Part shown: positions 43,195 through 54,724 of the stretch, in pieces
How the letters are laid out: the number at the start of each line of letters is the position of its first letter
Numbering within the stretch: the stretch's first letter is position 1
From: an uncultured Pirellulales bacterium
GTDB taxonomy: Bacteria > Planctomycetota > Phycisphaerae > Sedimentisphaerales > CAYZTY01
Length of the DNA stretch: 64,000 nt
Direction of reading: 5' to 3'
Assembly (NCBI GenBank): GCA_964444665.1
Contig: CAYUIE010000012.1
Location: 31,317 to 95,316 of the forward strand
Position numbers and translations under genes: made by a program
Notes under the pieces: model-generated
Database searches by the model: none
Told to the model about the DNA's origin: nothing
Seen by the model: the letters and a program-made list of their open reading frames with translations, nothing else

Positions 43195-45165
43195 TTGCTC
43201 GGAACTCTGACTTACAAAATATTAAAGCAACATCTGCAGGACGGTCAACTGACCGCCGGCCAACCGATAAGCCTGCGCATCGACCAAACCCTCACCCAGG
43301 ATGCCACCGGTACTACTGTCTTTTTGCTCTTTGAGTCAATGGGCCTGGCAAGGGTCAGAACCGATTTGTCACTCAGCTATGTCGACCACAATACCAGTCA
43401 GTTCGGCCCCGAGAACCACAACGACCATTTGTATCTGCAAACAGTGGCTGCGAAGACAGGCGTTTATCATTCTCGCCCCGGCAACGGCATCTGCCACCAG
43501 ATTCATCTCGAGCGTTTCGCAAAACCCGGCACTACGTTGCTCGGAAGCGATTCACATACGCCCACCGCGGGCGCCATCGGCGCCTTAGCAATCGGCGCCG
43601 GCGGAGTGGATGTAGCCGCGGCAATGGCGGGACAGGGATTCCATCTAAACTGTCCGAAAGTCCTCGGTGTACGGCTGGCCGGAAAACTACGCCCGTGGGT
43701 GGCAAGCAAAGATGTGATACTAAAACTGCTTAGCATCCTTACAACAAAAGGCAATGTAGGCTGGGTGGCTGAGTACTTCGGCCGGGCACTGAAAAGGCTT
43801 TCGGTCCCACAGCGAGCCACCATAACCAATATGGGCGCCGAACTCGGTCTGACAACAAGTATCTTCCCCAGCGATAAGCAGACCAAAAAATTCCTTGCCG
43901 CCCAAAAAAGGGAAATTGACTATCAGGCCTTAGCAGCCGCAAAAAAGCCCGAATACGACCGCATTGTCGATATAAATCTGTCCGAACTTGAGCCGATGGC
44001 CGCCTGTCCTTCCTCGCCCGACAACGTCAAAACCATCTGTGAAATCGAAGGAGAATCCGTAGCCCAAATCGTCCTCGGCAGTTGTACAAATTCGAGCTTC
44101 ACCGATTTAATGATGGCCGCGGCAGTATTAAAAGGCAGACAAATAAACAAAATGGTCGAGTTTGCCATAGCACCGGGCAGCAGACAGGTACTTCAGATGC
44201 TCGCAAAAAATGGTGTGCTTGCCGACCTTATCGCAGCAGGCGCAAGGGTACTCGAATCAGCTTGTGGGCCCTGTATTGGGCAATGCTTCTCACCCGCCGA
44301 CGACGTTGTCAGCCTGCGCACCTTTAACAGGAATTTCTCCGGCCGAAGCGGTACAAAAAGCGACCGAGTGTATCTGGTCAGTCCCGAAACGGCCGTTGCC
44401 TCGGCACTGACCGGAAAAATCACCGACCCGCGCAATCTGACGGCACTGTTAGGCATCAAATTCCCCAAGGTCGTCCTGCCCAAAGAATTCCTGATTGACG
44501 ACAGTATGATTGAGCCACCTCTAAGCGAGGAAGCTGCCGCCGAGGTGCCTGTCCTGCGAGCCTCTACAATCGTTGTGCCGGAACCACCACAGCCTCTGCC
44601 AAATAAACTGCAAGGCAAGGTGCTGCTTAAGTGCGAAGATAAAATAACCACCGACCACATTATGCCGGCCGGGCCGTACTTAAAATATCGCTCCAACATC
44701 ACCAAGTACGCAGAATACGTGTTTGATTGCTTCAATAAAAAGAACAAGGCAACTTTTGCACAACAAGCACTAAAGCTGAAGTCCAAGGGCATTGCCGGGA
44801 TAATCGTTGCCGGTGAGAGTTACGGTCAGGGCTCATCAAGAGAACACGCTGCGCTTTGTCCTATGTATCTCGGCGTACACGTTGTCATCGCCAAAAGCAT
44901 TGAGCGAATTCACAAGGCCAACTTGATTAACTTCTGTATTCTACCAATCGAATTCGTTAAAGCCACCGACTACGATAATCTCAATGCGGAGGATGAACTG
45001 ATAATCGACAATCTTATGGAAGCTATCGAATACGCCTCCCATATCACAATAAAGAACGGTACCGGCACGTCAGAATTTGTAGGCAAACTTATCTTGTCAC
45101 CACGTGAAAGACAGATTCTACTGGCCGGTGGGCTTCTAAGTTACGCCAGCCATCAAAAAGCGTAA
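43195..45165 (+). CDS. Aconitate hydratase (aconitase family, about 650-aa form with fused swivel domain)
   Basis: Motifs IDQTLTQDATGT and GSDSHT are present, with Fe-S ligands in GSCTNSS and CGPCIG. The C-terminal small domain has GESYGQGSSREHAA. TTG start with a GGGAGA Shine-Dalgarno. Confidence 0.85.
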   Translation: MLGTLTYKILKQHLQDGQLTAGQPISLRIDQTLTQDATGTTVFLLFESMGLARVRTDLSLSYVDHNTSQFGPENHNDHLYLQTVAAKTGVYHSRPGNGICHQIHLERFAKPGTTLLGSDSHTPTAGAIGALAIGAGGVDVAAAMAGQGFHLNCPKVLGVRLAGKLRPWVASKDVILKLLSILTTKGNVGWVAEYFGRALKRLSVPQRATITNMGAELGLTTSIFPSDKQTKKFLAAQKREIDYQALAAAKKPEYDRIVDINLSELEPMAACPSSPDNVKTICEIEGESVAQIVLGSCTNSSFTDLMMAAAVLKGRQINKMVEFAIAPGSRQVLQMLAKNGVLADLIAAGARVLESACGPCIGQCFSPADDVVSLRTFNRNFSGRSGTKSDRVYLVSPETAVASALTGKITDPRNLTALLGIKFPKVVLPKEFLIDDSMIEPPLSEEAAAEVPVLRASTIVVPEPPQPLPNKLQGKVLLKCEDKITTDHIMPAGPYLKYRSNITKYAEYVFDCFNKKNKATFAQQALKLKSKGIAGIIVAGESYGQGSSREHAALCPMYLGVHVVIAKSIERIHKANLINFCILPIEFVKATDYDNLNAEDELIIDNLMEAIEYASHITIKNGTGTSEFVGKLILSPRERQILLAGGLLSYASHQKA

Positions 45166-45286
45166 CAGCCCCCGTATAGGGACAATGCACAGGACATAAC
45201 CGAATGCCCACCATTAAACCAGGGTAAATTCTTCTTTTTTCTGGCAAATACTGTAAAGATATTTATAACAATGGCAAAGAAATAAA

Positions 45287-45832
45287 ATGAGCAGGAAAGT
45301 AATAACCATCTTTGGCACAGGCAAAGCAGGGGCCGGCGATTCGGTATACGAACTGGCTTACCAGGTCGGTAAGCTATTGGCTCAGGCTGGTTTTACTATC
45401 GCCAACGGCGGCTACGGCGGAACGATGCAAGCTGCCGCAAAGGGCGGGGCCGAAGCGGGGGGCGAGGTCATCGGCGTTACCTGCTCAGCCTTCAAAAAGA
45501 GCAAACCAAACGAATATATTTCACGCGAAATCGTCACCCATTCACTGCCGGAAAGACTTAACAAACTTGTAGAACTCGGCGACGGCTATATTGCCCTGCC
45601 GGGCGGAACGGGAACGCTGCTCGAACTTGCCGACGTCTGGGAACTAAAAAACAAAGGCTTTCTTAATCACCGAAAGCCGCTTATAATCATAGGCGGTTTT
45701 TGGCGGCCCTTACTCGAAATTATCGCCGCCGAAGACCCAAACGCACTTGAACACGTACAGCAGGCCGGCTCGCCGGGCGATGCCGTTCGCCTGCTTTGCA
45801 ATATGATAAAAAGAAACAACAATGACAGCTAA
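45287..45832 (+). CDS. LOG-family / TIGR00725-like Rossmann-fold nucleotide-binding protein
   Basis: Motifs GGYGGTMQAAAKGG and PGGTGTLLEL (the PGGxGTxxE motif) are present. The length is 181 aa. Confidence 0.75.
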   Translation: MSRKVITIFGTGKAGAGDSVYELAYQVGKLLAQAGFTIANGGYGGTMQAAAKGGAEAGGEVIGVTCSAFKKSKPNEYISREIVTHSLPERLNKLVELGDGYIALPGGTGTLLELADVWELKNKGFLNHRKPLIIIGGFWRPLLEIIAAEDPNALEHVQQAGSPGDAVRLLCNMIKRNNNDS

Positions 45833-46649
45833 AAAACTTACAATACTGACATTGGCCCTCTTTATCGCCGCCGGCCAATCGGCGCTGTGCGAAGCGGCCC
45901 TCAAGCACAAACCCAAGCTGCTGCAGGATGGGTTTGTCATTGCCGGCTCAGACGGCGAATTGTCCAAAATGGGCGATGATGGTGAATGGTTCGTTAAATT
46001 CGACAAGACCATAGTTGATGATAAAGGGCAAATCAGGGCCGGCCAGTTGATTCAGCTTCTTCCGGCCAGCACTCTCGAAAAAATAACCCTAACTGTGAAA
46101 TCCGCCTCGCCGGCAGGCGGGAAGTACTTAGCCTTTAGCATTCGGCTTTGGGGCAGAGTAACACAATATGGGGACAAAAACTTTATCTTCCCAACTTATT
46201 TTCTGCCTTTGGCTGAGCTTCGGCCGCAAAGCCCCCCGCCATCAAGACCTGCAGAGCCCAATATAAATGAGCCGGGCGATGCAATAATCCTGCCGGATGA
46301 CGTCCTGCAGAAGCTAAGGGCAAGACGACCCGTCAAGCTTGCTCAGCTCAGGATAGGTCTCGAATCGCAGGAAGATGAAATTCTCAACGAGAGAATCGGC
46401 TTCATTCTCAAACCTAAGAACAGCCCCTACTGCATTTTCAAATTAGATGCTCTGGGACGCAACTTAGAAGATATTTCATTTCGCCTGCTGCCCTGCGAAG
46501 CCCTGGAGAAGGCGAGTATCACCCGGCCCGGCGGGATAGCCCGCTGCCGTTATAAAATCACCGGAATACTGACAAAATACAAAGGCCGACAGTATCTGCT
46601 GCCGCAGCGGGTAACGAAAGTTTTCAGCCACGACAACTTTGCAAGATAA
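45822..46649 (+). CDS. Secreted hypothetical protein with internal duplication
   Basis: Signal peptide (LTILTLALFIAAGQSALCEA). The two halves share ...LLPASTLEKI...RLWGRVTQYGDKNFIFP versus ...LLPCEALEKA...KITGILTKYKGRQYLLP. They are separated by a Pro-rich linker. The gene overlaps the previous gene by 11 nt. Confidence 0.45.
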   Translation: MTAKKLTILTLALFIAAGQSALCEAALKHKPKLLQDGFVIAGSDGELSKMGDDGEWFVKFDKTIVDDKGQIRAGQLIQLLPASTLEKITLTVKSASPAGGKYLAFSIRLWGRVTQYGDKNFIFPTYFLPLAELRPQSPPPSRPAEPNINEPGDAIILPDDVLQKLRARRPVKLAQLRIGLESQEDEILNERIGFILKPKNSPYCIFKLDALGRNLEDISFRLLPCEALEKASITRPGGIARCRYKITGILTKYKGRQYLLPQRVTKVFSHDNFAR

Positions 46650-46683
46650 TATTAACCACAGAGCACACAAAGAAAGAAAAACG

Positions 46684-48000
46684 ATGAGTAACGAACTCGA
46701 CAAAATTCTGATTTCACCATCGCAACCGGATTTCGAAGAAAAAATGGATAAACTCCGTTCTGGAATAATGGGGCTGGCGATGTTCTTAGCTGGTGATGAG
46801 AGGATTAAGCAAATAGTAAAAATTGTTCGTGATGTTGTTGAGCGCGGAGATGAAGCTGTAGCGGGATATACGAAAGAATATGATGACATTGAGTTATCAC
46901 CTGATGAGTTTAGGATTTCCAAAGAAGACTTGGAAAAAGCTCATAAAGAGATCGATAAGCAGCTTTTGTCTCCAATTCAACAAGCTATTGAGAATGTAAA
47001 GAGATACCAAAAAGAAATTTATATTGGCCATAACAAAAAGTGTTCCGATGAAACCGAAATAAAATACACACCTATAAAACGAGTGGGTATTTGTGTACCG
47101 GGGGCATCGGCACCACTGCCTTCTACCGTGATAATGACGGCGGTACCTGCACAGATAGCAGGCGTGGAAGAAATAGCTGTAGTCTCACCACCAAGATACA
47201 AGAGCAGTATTCATCCGGTGGTTCTGGGCGTTTGTTATGAATTGGGAATTGAAGAGGTTTATCGCGTTGGCGGAGCGCAGGCAGTCGCTGCCTTGACCGT
47301 TGGAACCCATAAAATCAAGAGGGTTGACAAGATTGTCGGGCCTGGTAATCAATGGGTTCAATCCGCAAAAAAAGAGGTTTTTGGGTCTGTGGGAATTGAC
47401 TCAATAGCCGGGCCGAGTGAAGTATTGATAATAGCCAATGATAAAGCAAATCCCGCGTGGGTAGCTGCCGATATGTTAAGCCAAGCAGAGCACGCACCGG
47501 GCAGTGCTGTTGTATTCACAGATTCGCGAAAGTTAGCTAAAGAGGTCCTCTCAGAACTCAAAAATCAGGTAAATCAGCTAAACCGAGCAGAAGAGACAAT
47601 AAAGTGTCTTGTGGATTTTGGTGGGATCGTCATATTTGATGATATGAATGACGTAATAAAACACGCGGATGAGTTGGCCGCCGAACACTTGGAGATTCAA
47701 TGCGGGGTGGAAAGCAGAAAAGTTGCTGACAGAATCCATAATGCTGGCGCAATATTTATTGGCGATTATAGCCCGGTTGCGGTCGGTGACTACTGGGCGG
47801 GGCCCAGTCACACATTACCAACGGGACTAAGCGCGATGTTTTCCAGTGCTTTAAGTGCAAATGATTTTATCAAATCCACGAGCATCATCGAATATGATAA
47901 ACAAAAGTTAGCCCAAAGCGCCGAGGACATTATCCGTTTAGCCGAAGCAGAAGGGCTCGATGCGCACGCAAAAAGTGTAAAAATCCGGCAGGAAAAATAA
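46684..48000 (+). CDS. hisD: Histidinol dehydrogenase
   Basis: Motifs IAGPSEVLIIA, SQAEH and GDYWAGPSHTLPT are present. The start is taken at ATG 46684 (MSNELDKIL); the ORF track's 46639 start would overlap the upstream gene. Confidence 0.9.
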   Translation: MSNELDKILISPSQPDFEEKMDKLRSGIMGLAMFLAGDERIKQIVKIVRDVVERGDEAVAGYTKEYDDIELSPDEFRISKEDLEKAHKEIDKQLLSPIQQAIENVKRYQKEIYIGHNKKCSDETEIKYTPIKRVGICVPGASAPLPSTVIMTAVPAQIAGVEEIAVVSPPRYKSSIHPVVLGVCYELGIEEVYRVGGAQAVAALTVGTHKIKRVDKIVGPGNQWVQSAKKEVFGSVGIDSIAGPSEVLIIANDKANPAWVAADMLSQAEHAPGSAVVFTDSRKLAKEVLSELKNQVNQLNRAEETIKCLVDFGGIVIFDDMNDVIKHADELAAEHLEIQCGVESRKVADRIHNAGAIFIGDYSPVAVGDYWAGPSHTLPTGLSAMFSSALSANDFIKSTSIIEYDKQKLAQSAEDIIRLAEAEGLDAHAKSVKIRQEK

Positions 48001-48028
48001 GCTGCTGCGAGTAAGCACCTGCCAAATT

Positions 48029-48871
48029 TTATTTCACAGGCTTCGCAGATTCGTCTTCTTCGACGCTTGCAGATTCCACGATACGGGGGGCGCTGTTCTC
48101 AATCAGCCAGTCGTACAGTTTTTTCGGCCTGGTGTGGTCAAACGCATGTCCCTCGCCTTTGTATTCCTCGAATGTAACTTCTGCTCCCCGCCTCCTGTAA
48201 TACGAGGCCGCCCTTTTGGCCGAAGCCAGATTCACATCTTTTTCGCCGGCCCCGATATAGATTGGCTTGCCGCGCAGAGCCTTCTTGCCGGCCTTGCTGA
48301 TTAATACGTTCACGATTCGGTGCCGGCCGGCGGCAAGAATCACAGCCCCGGCCCAGGCCCTTGTGCTGATTTCAAGCATGGATGAGGTGTGCCAGCCGCC
48401 CTTGCTGCTGCCCGTGATAAAAAGTCGTTTCTCGTCGACTCTAAGATGTTCGCAGATGTATTCCTTAACTTCCAAAATGCTTCTGCGTTCACGCTTAAGA
48501 TAGTCAATGTACTGACGTTTGGTGCGTTTGGCCTTACCGCGATGGATATATTCCATCCCGACGATAATAAAACCTCTGCCGCTGGTTATTTGCTTAAACG
48601 GCCAGGTCGTCGGCTGACCGTCCATTCCGTGATAAAAGAAAATCACAGGCCAACCATACTCATCCGTATAATCGCTGGGGACATATACGATGAAATGCTT
48701 ACCCCCAATATACTCGTTATCAACGTCGACGCGAACCTCCTGGCCGGGTGCAAAATTGGGGTCTTTTACCTTTTCAGGTTTGGACACCGCAAAAAGCAGA
48801 CCTGGGATGCAAAAGAAAAATGCCCCTGAAGCCAGGAATAAACGTTTATCAAAAGTCATCGAAAAGCACAC
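48029..48871 (-). CDS. Secreted alpha/beta-hydrolase (esterase / PHB-depolymerase-like)
   Basis: Signal peptide. The nucleophile elbow is ITGSSKGGW (GxSxG). A C-terminal GEGHAF carries the candidate catalytic His. Confidence 0.6.
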   Translation of the reverse strand: MCFSMTFDKRLFLASGAFFFCIPGLLFAVSKPEKVKDPNFAPGQEVRVDVDNEYIGGKHFIVYVPSDYTDEYGWPVIFFYHGMDGQPTTWPFKQITSGRGFIIVGMEYIHRGKAKRTKRQYIDYLKRERRSILEVKEYICEHLRVDEKRLFITGSSKGGWHTSSMLEISTRAWAGAVILAAGRHRIVNVLISKAGKKALRGKPIYIGAGEKDVNLASAKRAASYYRRRGAEVTFEEYKGEGHAFDHTRPKKLYDWLIENSAPRIVESASVEEDESAKPVK

Positions 48872-48934
48872 CTGAAAAACAAATTCTGATTCTGCCCTGT
48901 TGAAAACACAATATTGTCATTCTGAACGAAGTAG

Positions 48935-50260
48935 TCAAATCTCGATGCTCTTAAACTGCGGCAGGTAGGATTTGTTTTTCTCCAGCATTTCCTGCACCAT
49001 CCGTTTAATTTGGGCCAATGAGAGGACCGCTGCCGTCAGCGGGTCGTAACATATCGCCTGAAAAACCAGCCTGGCATCACCCGTCAGTGCCGCTTCCACA
49101 GCCATCTCCTCGACCGCAACGCTTATATTGTTCAGGGCCGCCAATTGCGGTGGAAGAGCGCCTACGCTTATAGAATTCAGGCCTTGCTTATTTGCCACCA
49201 CCGGAACCTCCACGCAGACTCCCTCCGGCAGATTGCTGATAAGCCCAGTGTTGGGCATATTGCCGTTAAACTCATAAGGCTCGCCGCCCATAAACGCGTT
49301 GATTATCGCCGAGGCATATTCGTAGCCCCGCTCAAGCGATATCGGCGCGCCTTCATCAAACCATTTTTTTATATCATCCTTCCAGGTCTTTTCGGTTCTT
49401 AGATAATCATTCAAAATATATGCATATTCTCCCGGGTTCCAGCCGGTCCCCGGCAGACAGTATTTCTCTATCAATTCCGGCCGTTTGCGAAACCACCAGT
49501 TATACTCCGAGTTGTGCCCACTCGACTCGGTAACGTAGTAATCAAGATGCAGGAACATCTCATTGCGGACTATCTCCTCCTTATAGATTTCTTCTTTCTT
49601 CAGCGTCTCACGAATCAACGGATACGCGTCCTTGCCGTCCCTTTTGAACTCGAGGAACCACGCCTGATGGTTGATGCCCGCGCAGAGGTAAGTTATCCTG
49701 TCCATCGGCGTATCAATCCACCTTGACAGCATATACGCTGTAAACGGCACACTATGACACAATCCAGTCAGCTTGACGCTGCTTTTTCTTTGCATCGCCC
49801 GGCACAACATCGCCATAGGATTAGTGTAATTGAGAAGATAGGCGCCGGGGCAAAACTCTTCGATGTCCCGACAGATATCGAGCATCACCGGAATGGTCCT
49901 AAGCGCCCTGAAAATTCCGCTTACTCCCCGCGTGTCGCCCACGTTTATATCAATGCCGTACTTTTTAGGTATCTCAATATCATGCCGCCAGACGTCCACA
50001 CCTCCTGCCAGAATTGTGCACACCACTACGTCAGCATCCTTAAGAGCCTGGCGCCTATTTAGCGTTGCTTCGACTTTGGCGGGATAACTGCCTTTCTCTA
50101 TTATGCTCTGCACGGCCCTTAGCGCAAAGTCAAGCCTTTGGCTGTCTATGTCCATAAGCGCAAAGGTCGAATCCTTAAGCAAAGGATATGTCAGAATATC
50201 CCGGACCAGGCTACGTGTGAACTGCAGACTCCCCGCTCCGATAAACGCGATTCTTGCCAT
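48935..50260 (-). CDS. Glycoside hydrolase family 4 (alpha-galactosidase/alpha-glucosidase, NAD+/Mn2+-dependent type)
   Basis: The N-terminal Rossmann motif is [27 protein letters not shown] and GLCHS, GH4 catalytic-region motifs, are present. The length is 441 aa. Confidence 0.8.
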   Translation of the reverse strand: MARIAFIGAGSLQFTRSLVRDILTYPLLKDSTFALMDIDSQRLDFALRAVQSIIEKGSYPAKVEATLNRRQALKDADVVVCTILAGGVDVWRHDIEIPKKYGIDINVGDTRGVSGIFRALRTIPVMLDICRDIEEFCPGAYLLNYTNPMAMLCRAMQRKSSVKLTGLCHSVPFTAYMLSRWIDTPMDRITYLCAGINHQAWFLEFKRDGKDAYPLIRETLKKEEIYKEEIVRNEMFLHLDYYVTESSGHNSEYNWWFRKRPELIEKYCLPGTGWNPGEYAYILNDYLRTEKTWKDDIKKWFDEGAPISLERGYEYASAIINAFMGGEPYEFNGNMPNTGLISNLPEGVCVEVPVVANKQGLNSISVGALPPQLAALNNISVAVEEMAVEAALTGDARLVFQAICYDPLTAAVLSLAQIKRMVQEMLEKNKSYLPQFKSIEI

Positions 50261-50315
50261 TATTCACTCCCATTGCATAGTCTTCCAAGCCGTGAGCTAA
50301 GTAAAATATGAATCC

Positions 50316-53036
50316 TCAGTCTTCTAACTTTTTCCTTAGAATTTCGGCAGCTTTGGCAAGGGCTTCGTTTATTTTATCAGGTTCTTTACCGCCTGCCTGC
50401 GCCATCTTCGGGCCGCCGCCGCCGCCGCCGCCAACTATCGGCGCAACAGCTTTTACCAGCTCGCCCGCCTTTAATCCCTTTTTAACCAAATCGTCCGTCA
50501 TCCCCACCAGTAAATTTACCTTGCCTTCGCCGGCCATACCCAAAACAATAGCGGCCGATTTGGCTTTTTTCCTGAGCATATCGATTGCGCCCCGACCCTC
50601 TTCAATTGAATTCGCCGACAACTGTCCTGTTATAATCGACGTTTGGCCGACCTTCTCGGCTTTGCTTAGAAGCGCTTTCGCTTCGGCCATAACGTCAACT
50701 CCGCCTTTTTTACGGGCCGACTTGAGCTCTTTGGTCAATTTCTTGTTTTCGTCTATGAGCTTTTGAACACGCTCAATAAGCTGCTCCGAAGGCACCTTTA
50801 ACATTCCCGAAAGCTCATCAACTATATCACTTCGTTCCTCGAAAAAACTGTTCAATCCTTCACCAGTCATTGCCGTTATTCTCCGTACACCCGCTGATAT
50901 ACTTTCCTCTTTGATTATCTTAAAGCCGCCGATTCGGCCGGTCCTGTCTGTGTGCGTGCCACCACAAAACTCTCGCGAAAAAGCATCTCCGATTCCGTCT
51001 AAACTCTCCGCCCCGATAGCGACTACCCGGACTTCGCTTCCGTACTTTTCTCCGAAAAGCGCCATCGCTCCCAATTTCTGCGCCTCGCCGATCGGCATAA
51101 CCGGAGCCGTCACCAGCTCATCTGCCGCAATCTTGCCACGAACCAGGCCCTCAACTTTCTTTAACTCCTCACCACTCAGCGCCTTTGGATACGTAAAATC
51201 AAACCTGAGGTATTCCGGACAGACCAAGCTTCCCTGCTGCCTTACCGATTTACCAAGCACCTGCTGAAGCGCCCACTGCAAAAGATGCGTTGCCGTGTGA
51301 TTCTTCTCGCTCGATTCCCTGCCTTTATCGACTTTCGCTTCGACTTCATCGCCAACTGAAAGGATGCCGTCAGCGAGACTCCCCCAATGGATAACGCAAC
51401 CGGCGATTCTGCCCGTACTGTCAACCACAAACTGTCCGGTGCTCGAAGTGATAGAACCACAATCACCAACCTGTCCACCTGCCTCCGCATAGAAGCAGCT
51501 TTTATCAAGGACAAGTCCTATCTTCTCGGCCCCGTCGGTCAGCTGACCTTCAGTCTTGTAGCCCTGGCTATCAATAAAGCCGACAATCTTGCTTATACAA
51601 CTACCTGCCTCGTACTTCGGCGAATCATCGGTACCCGGCAGCTCAACGCCGGACAAATTCACTCCAATTGAAGCATCCTTCTGCGCCGCCCGCGCGCGAG
51701 CGCGTTGCTGGTCCATCAGTTCGGTAAACTTTTCGGTATCGACCTTAAGATTCCGCTCACGGGCCATAAGCTGTGTCAAATCAAGTGGAAAGCCGTAAGT
51801 ATCATACAAGGTAAAGGCATCATCACCCGTGATGGTTTTATCTTCTGCCTTCTGCGCCCGCTCGGCAGCCGATGCAAAAATCTCTATTCCTCTGTCCAGT
51901 GTTCTTCCGAACCCGGCCTCTTCCGCCTCAATTACCGTCGAGACATACTCCGCACGTTCTCTTATTTCGCCGAAAGCATCGCCCATCACCTCGGCCAGCA
52001 CCGGCACAAGCCTGTACATAAACGGCTCATGCATTCCCAGAATCCTGCCAAACCTTGCCGCTCTGCGTAATATCCGCCGGACGACGTACCCTCGTCCCTC
52101 ATTACTCGGCGAAGCACCGTCCGTTATCGCAAATGTAAGAGCCCGAATGTGGTCGGATATTACACGAAAGGCATTGTCCGTCTCACTGCCGAGACGAGAA
52201 GCATATTTGTGCCCCGTAATCTTCTCAATTCCTTCGGTAATGGACATAAACAGGTCCGTGTCGTAGTTGCTCGCCTTGTGCTGCATTACGGCCGCGATTC
52301 TCTCCAGCCCCGCACCCGTATCGACATAATTCGCCCCCAATGATTCCAGCCTACCTGCCTCGTCGCGATTGTACTGTATAAATACCAGGTTCCAAAGCTC
52401 GATAAACCGGCCGCAACCGCTGTTAACTCCGCACTTATGGCCGCTCAAGCCTTTCTTGTCGCACCTCTCCGAGCCAAGGTCAATGTGGATTTCACTGCAA
52501 GGCCCGCAAGGACCTACATCACCCATCTCCCAGAAATTATCCTTCTTGCCGAACGCTAAAATCCTCTCCGGTGGGATAGACGTTACTTTGCGCCAAAGCT
52601 GGGCCGCTTCCTCGTCCGCTACGAGCCCTTCTTTCTCGTCACCGGCAAAAACCGTCGCCCAAAGCCTATCAACCTCGATGCCCCATACCTTCGTTAAAAG
52701 CTCCCAGGCCCATTCGATTGCCTCGGCCTTGAAGTAATCGTTGAACGACCAGTTGCCCAGCATCTCGAAGAACGTGTGGTGATATGTATCAACGCCAACC
52801 TCTTCGAGGTCATTATGTTTGCCGCTCACCCGAATGCATTTCTGGCTGTTGACCGCACGTTTACAATCGCTGCTTGTCAGTCCGAGGAAAATATCCTTGA
52901 ACTGATTCATCCCGGCATTTGCAAACAGCAGTGTTTCGTCCCCCACCGGCACTACAGGAGAGCTGGGCACAAACTGGTGACCGTGCTGCAGGAAGTAGTC
53001 TATGAATGAATCTCTAATCTCTGCGGTGCTTGTCAC
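50316..53036 (-). CDS. alaS: Alanine--tRNA ligase
   Basis: Motifs [22 protein letters not shown], the editing-domain HTATHLL and CGGTH are present. The C-terminal DHHA1 region has a Gly run. The GTG start overlaps the recA stop (GTGA). Confidence 0.95.
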   Translation of the reverse strand: MTSTAEIRDSFIDYFLQHGHQFVPSSPVVPVGDETLLFANAGMNQFKDIFLGLTSSDCKRAVNSQKCIRVSGKHNDLEEVGVDTYHHTFFEMLGNWSFNDYFKAEAIEWAWELLTKVWGIEVDRLWATVFAGDEKEGLVADEEAAQLWRKVTSIPPERILAFGKKDNFWEMGDVGPCGPCSEIHIDLGSERCDKKGLSGHKCGVNSGCGRFIELWNLVFIQYNRDEAGRLESLGANYVDTGAGLERIAAVMQHKASNYDTDLFMSITEGIEKITGHKYASRLGSETDNAFRVISDHIRALTFAITDGASPSNEGRGYVVRRILRRAARFGRILGMHEPFMYRLVPVLAEVMGDAFGEIRERAEYVSTVIEAEEAGFGRTLDRGIEIFASAAERAQKAEDKTITGDDAFTLYDTYGFPLDLTQLMARERNLKVDTEKFTELMDQQRARARAAQKDASIGVNLSGVELPGTDDSPKYEAGSCISKIVGFIDSQGYKTEGQLTDGAEKIGLVLDKSCFYAEAGGQVGDCGSITSSTGQFVVDSTGRIAGCVIHWGSLADGILSVGDEVEAKVDKGRESSEKNHTATHLLQWALQQVLGKSVRQQGSLVCPEYLRFDFTYPKALSGEELKKVEGLVRGKIAADELVTAPVMPIGEAQKLGAMALFGEKYGSEVRVVAIGAESLDGIGDAFSREFCGGTHTDRTGRIGGFKIIKEESISAGVRRITAMTGEGLNSFFEERSDIVDELSGMLKVPSEQLIERVQKLIDENKKLTKELKSARKKGGVDVMAEAKALLSKAEKVGQTSIITGQLSANSIEEGRGAIDMLRKKAKSAAIVLGMAGEGKVNLLVGMTDDLVKKGLKAGELVKAVAPIVGGGGGGGPKMAQAGGKEPDKINEALAKAAEILRKKLED

Positions 53037-54076
53037 TTCTGGTCCTCGGCAATAAGACCCTTGGCCACCAATATCTTGTTCTTCAACTCATCGAGCAGCT
53101 CTTTGTTTTCTTCGAGGTATTTTTTGCTGCTTTCTCTGCCCTGTCCTAATCGAATCTTTCCGTAATTAAACCAGGCGCCGCTTTTCTCAATCACGTCACA
53201 ACTAACACCCAAATCAATCAGGTCGCCCTCGTAGCTGATTCCCTTATCAAACATAATATCAAATTCGGAATCCCGGAACGGTGGAGCTATTTTATTCTTC
53301 ACAACCCGTGCTCTTATCCTGCTGCCGATTGCGCCGCTCGAATCTTTGATGGTAGAAATACGCCTGACATCGATTCGGATCGAGCTGTAAAATTTGAGGG
53401 CCCTGCCGCCGGTCGTTGTCTCCGGATTGCCGAACATAACGCCAATCTTCATACGAATCTGGTTGATAAATATAAGCGCCGTCTTGCTCTTGTTGATAAC
53501 GCCCGCGAGCTTCCGCATCGCCTGACTCATCAACCTTGCCTGCAGCCCCATGTGTGTGTCGCCCATATTGCCTTCCAGCTCGGCAGCCGGTGTCAATGCC
53601 GCGACCGAATCAACAACTATCACATCCACTGAATTCGACCTTATCAGCAAATCTGCTATGTCCAGCGCCTGCTCACCGGTGTCCGGCTGACTGACCAGAA
53701 GGCTGCGGACATCCACGCCTAATCGCTTCGCCCAGGTGGTATCAAGTGCGTGCTCGGCATCGATAAATGCCGCAATGCCGGTCCGCTGAGCGCTGGCGAT
53801 GGTGTGCAGCGCAAGGGTCGTCTTGCCGCTCGACTCAGGCCCGTAAAGCTCGGTAACCCTTCCTCGCGGAATGCCCCGCCCGCCCAGAGCAATGTCCAGG
53901 GACAGCGACCCAGTCGGTATGCCTTCAATCCTCGCATACATGTGCTCGTCCATCTGCATAATGGAGCCTTTGCCGTACTGTTTCTCAATTTGTACAATTA
54001 CCCGCTCGAGGGCGGCACTTTTGCTAACCGCCTTCGAAACCGTTTCGACCTTCCTCGACTTCGCAGCCTTACCCAT
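53033..54076 (-). CDS. recA: Recombinase RecA
   Basis: Walker A is [25 protein letters not shown] and [22 protein letters not shown] are present. The start is at the ATG with a GAGGAG Shine-Dalgarno 8 nt upstream (MGKAAKSRK). Confidence 0.95.
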   Translation of the reverse strand: MGKAAKSRKVETVSKAVSKSAALERVIVQIEKQYGKGSIMQMDEHMYARIEGIPTGSLSLDIALGGRGIPRGRVTELYGPESSGKTTLALHTIASAQRTGIAAFIDAEHALDTTWAKRLGVDVRSLLVSQPDTGEQALDIADLLIRSNSVDVIVVDSVAALTPAAELEGNMGDTHMGLQARLMSQAMRKLAGVINKSKTALIFINQIRMKIGVMFGNPETTTGGRALKFYSSIRIDVRRISTIKDSSGAIGSRIRARVVKNKIAPPFRDSEFDIMFDKGISYEGDLIDLGVSCDVIEKSGAWFNYGKIRLGQGRESSKKYLEENKELLDELKNKILVAKGLIAEDQK

Positions 54077-54119
54077 TATTTCATCTCCTCTAAATATGTG
54101 CGTGTGCTTTGAGCACAAA

Positions 54120-54689
54120 CTACACGCCTAATTGGCTCCTGCTTAAAACCGTATAAATCGGTCCGGTGGGCCGCAGCTCGCTTTGATAAACGCAAAGTTC
54201 TTCAACCTTTATCAAGCCAAGCTCCAGCTTCTCGTAATCTTTGCTCAATTCCGCAAGAGCGCGTCCCGCCCGCGGATTTCTTATCCTGCACAGTGTCAAA
54301 TGGCCTGTGAAACGTCTTGTCTCTTCACGCCAGCCGGCTTCGGCCAGGCTCTTTTCGATATCGCTTTGCAGCCCAACAATCTCGCTGCTGTTATCACCTG
54401 CGCCAACCCATAATACTTTCGCTGAACCTCCTCCGAAATAACCAACTCCGCCTACACCCAGCTCAAACCCGGCGTGTCTGCCGGCAACATCGCCAACCGC
54501 TTTACAAACCTCAGCGATATTTTCGTCTCTGACCTCGCCAAGGAATTTGAGCGTAAGGTGTACTAAATCGGGCCTTACCCATTTGACATCACCGGTTTTT
54601 ACATCAGCTTTTTTTTGCAGTTCCTGCTGCAGCTTCGCCAATTGTCTTCTTATCTTTTCGTTAAGGTCTATCGCTATAAAGCACCGCAT
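54120..54689 (-). CDS. thpR: RNA 2',3'-cyclic phosphodiesterase (ThpR/LigT, 2H phosphoesterase)
   Basis: Two HxT motifs are present at the expected spacing, HLTLKFLG and HLTLCRI. The length is 189 aa. Confidence 0.85.
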   Translation of the reverse strand: MRCFIAIDLNEKIRRQLAKLQQELQKKADVKTGDVKWVRPDLVHLTLKFLGEVRDENIAEVCKAVGDVAGRHAGFELGVGGVGYFGGGSAKVLWVGAGDNSSEIVGLQSDIEKSLAEAGWREETRRFTGHLTLCRIRNPRAGRALAELSKDYEKLELGLIKVEELCVYQSELRPTGPIYTVLSRSQLGV

Positions 54690-54724
54690 TATTCAGTTCC
54701 GCCACCTAAGGCACAAACAGCCGG

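Noticed and set aside
50412-50432. A (GCC)7 microsatellite.
   Set aside because: It encodes the conserved poly-Gly stretch of the AlaRS C-terminal DHHA1 domain ([16 protein letters not shown]). It is in frame and expected for this protein, so it is not an independent element.
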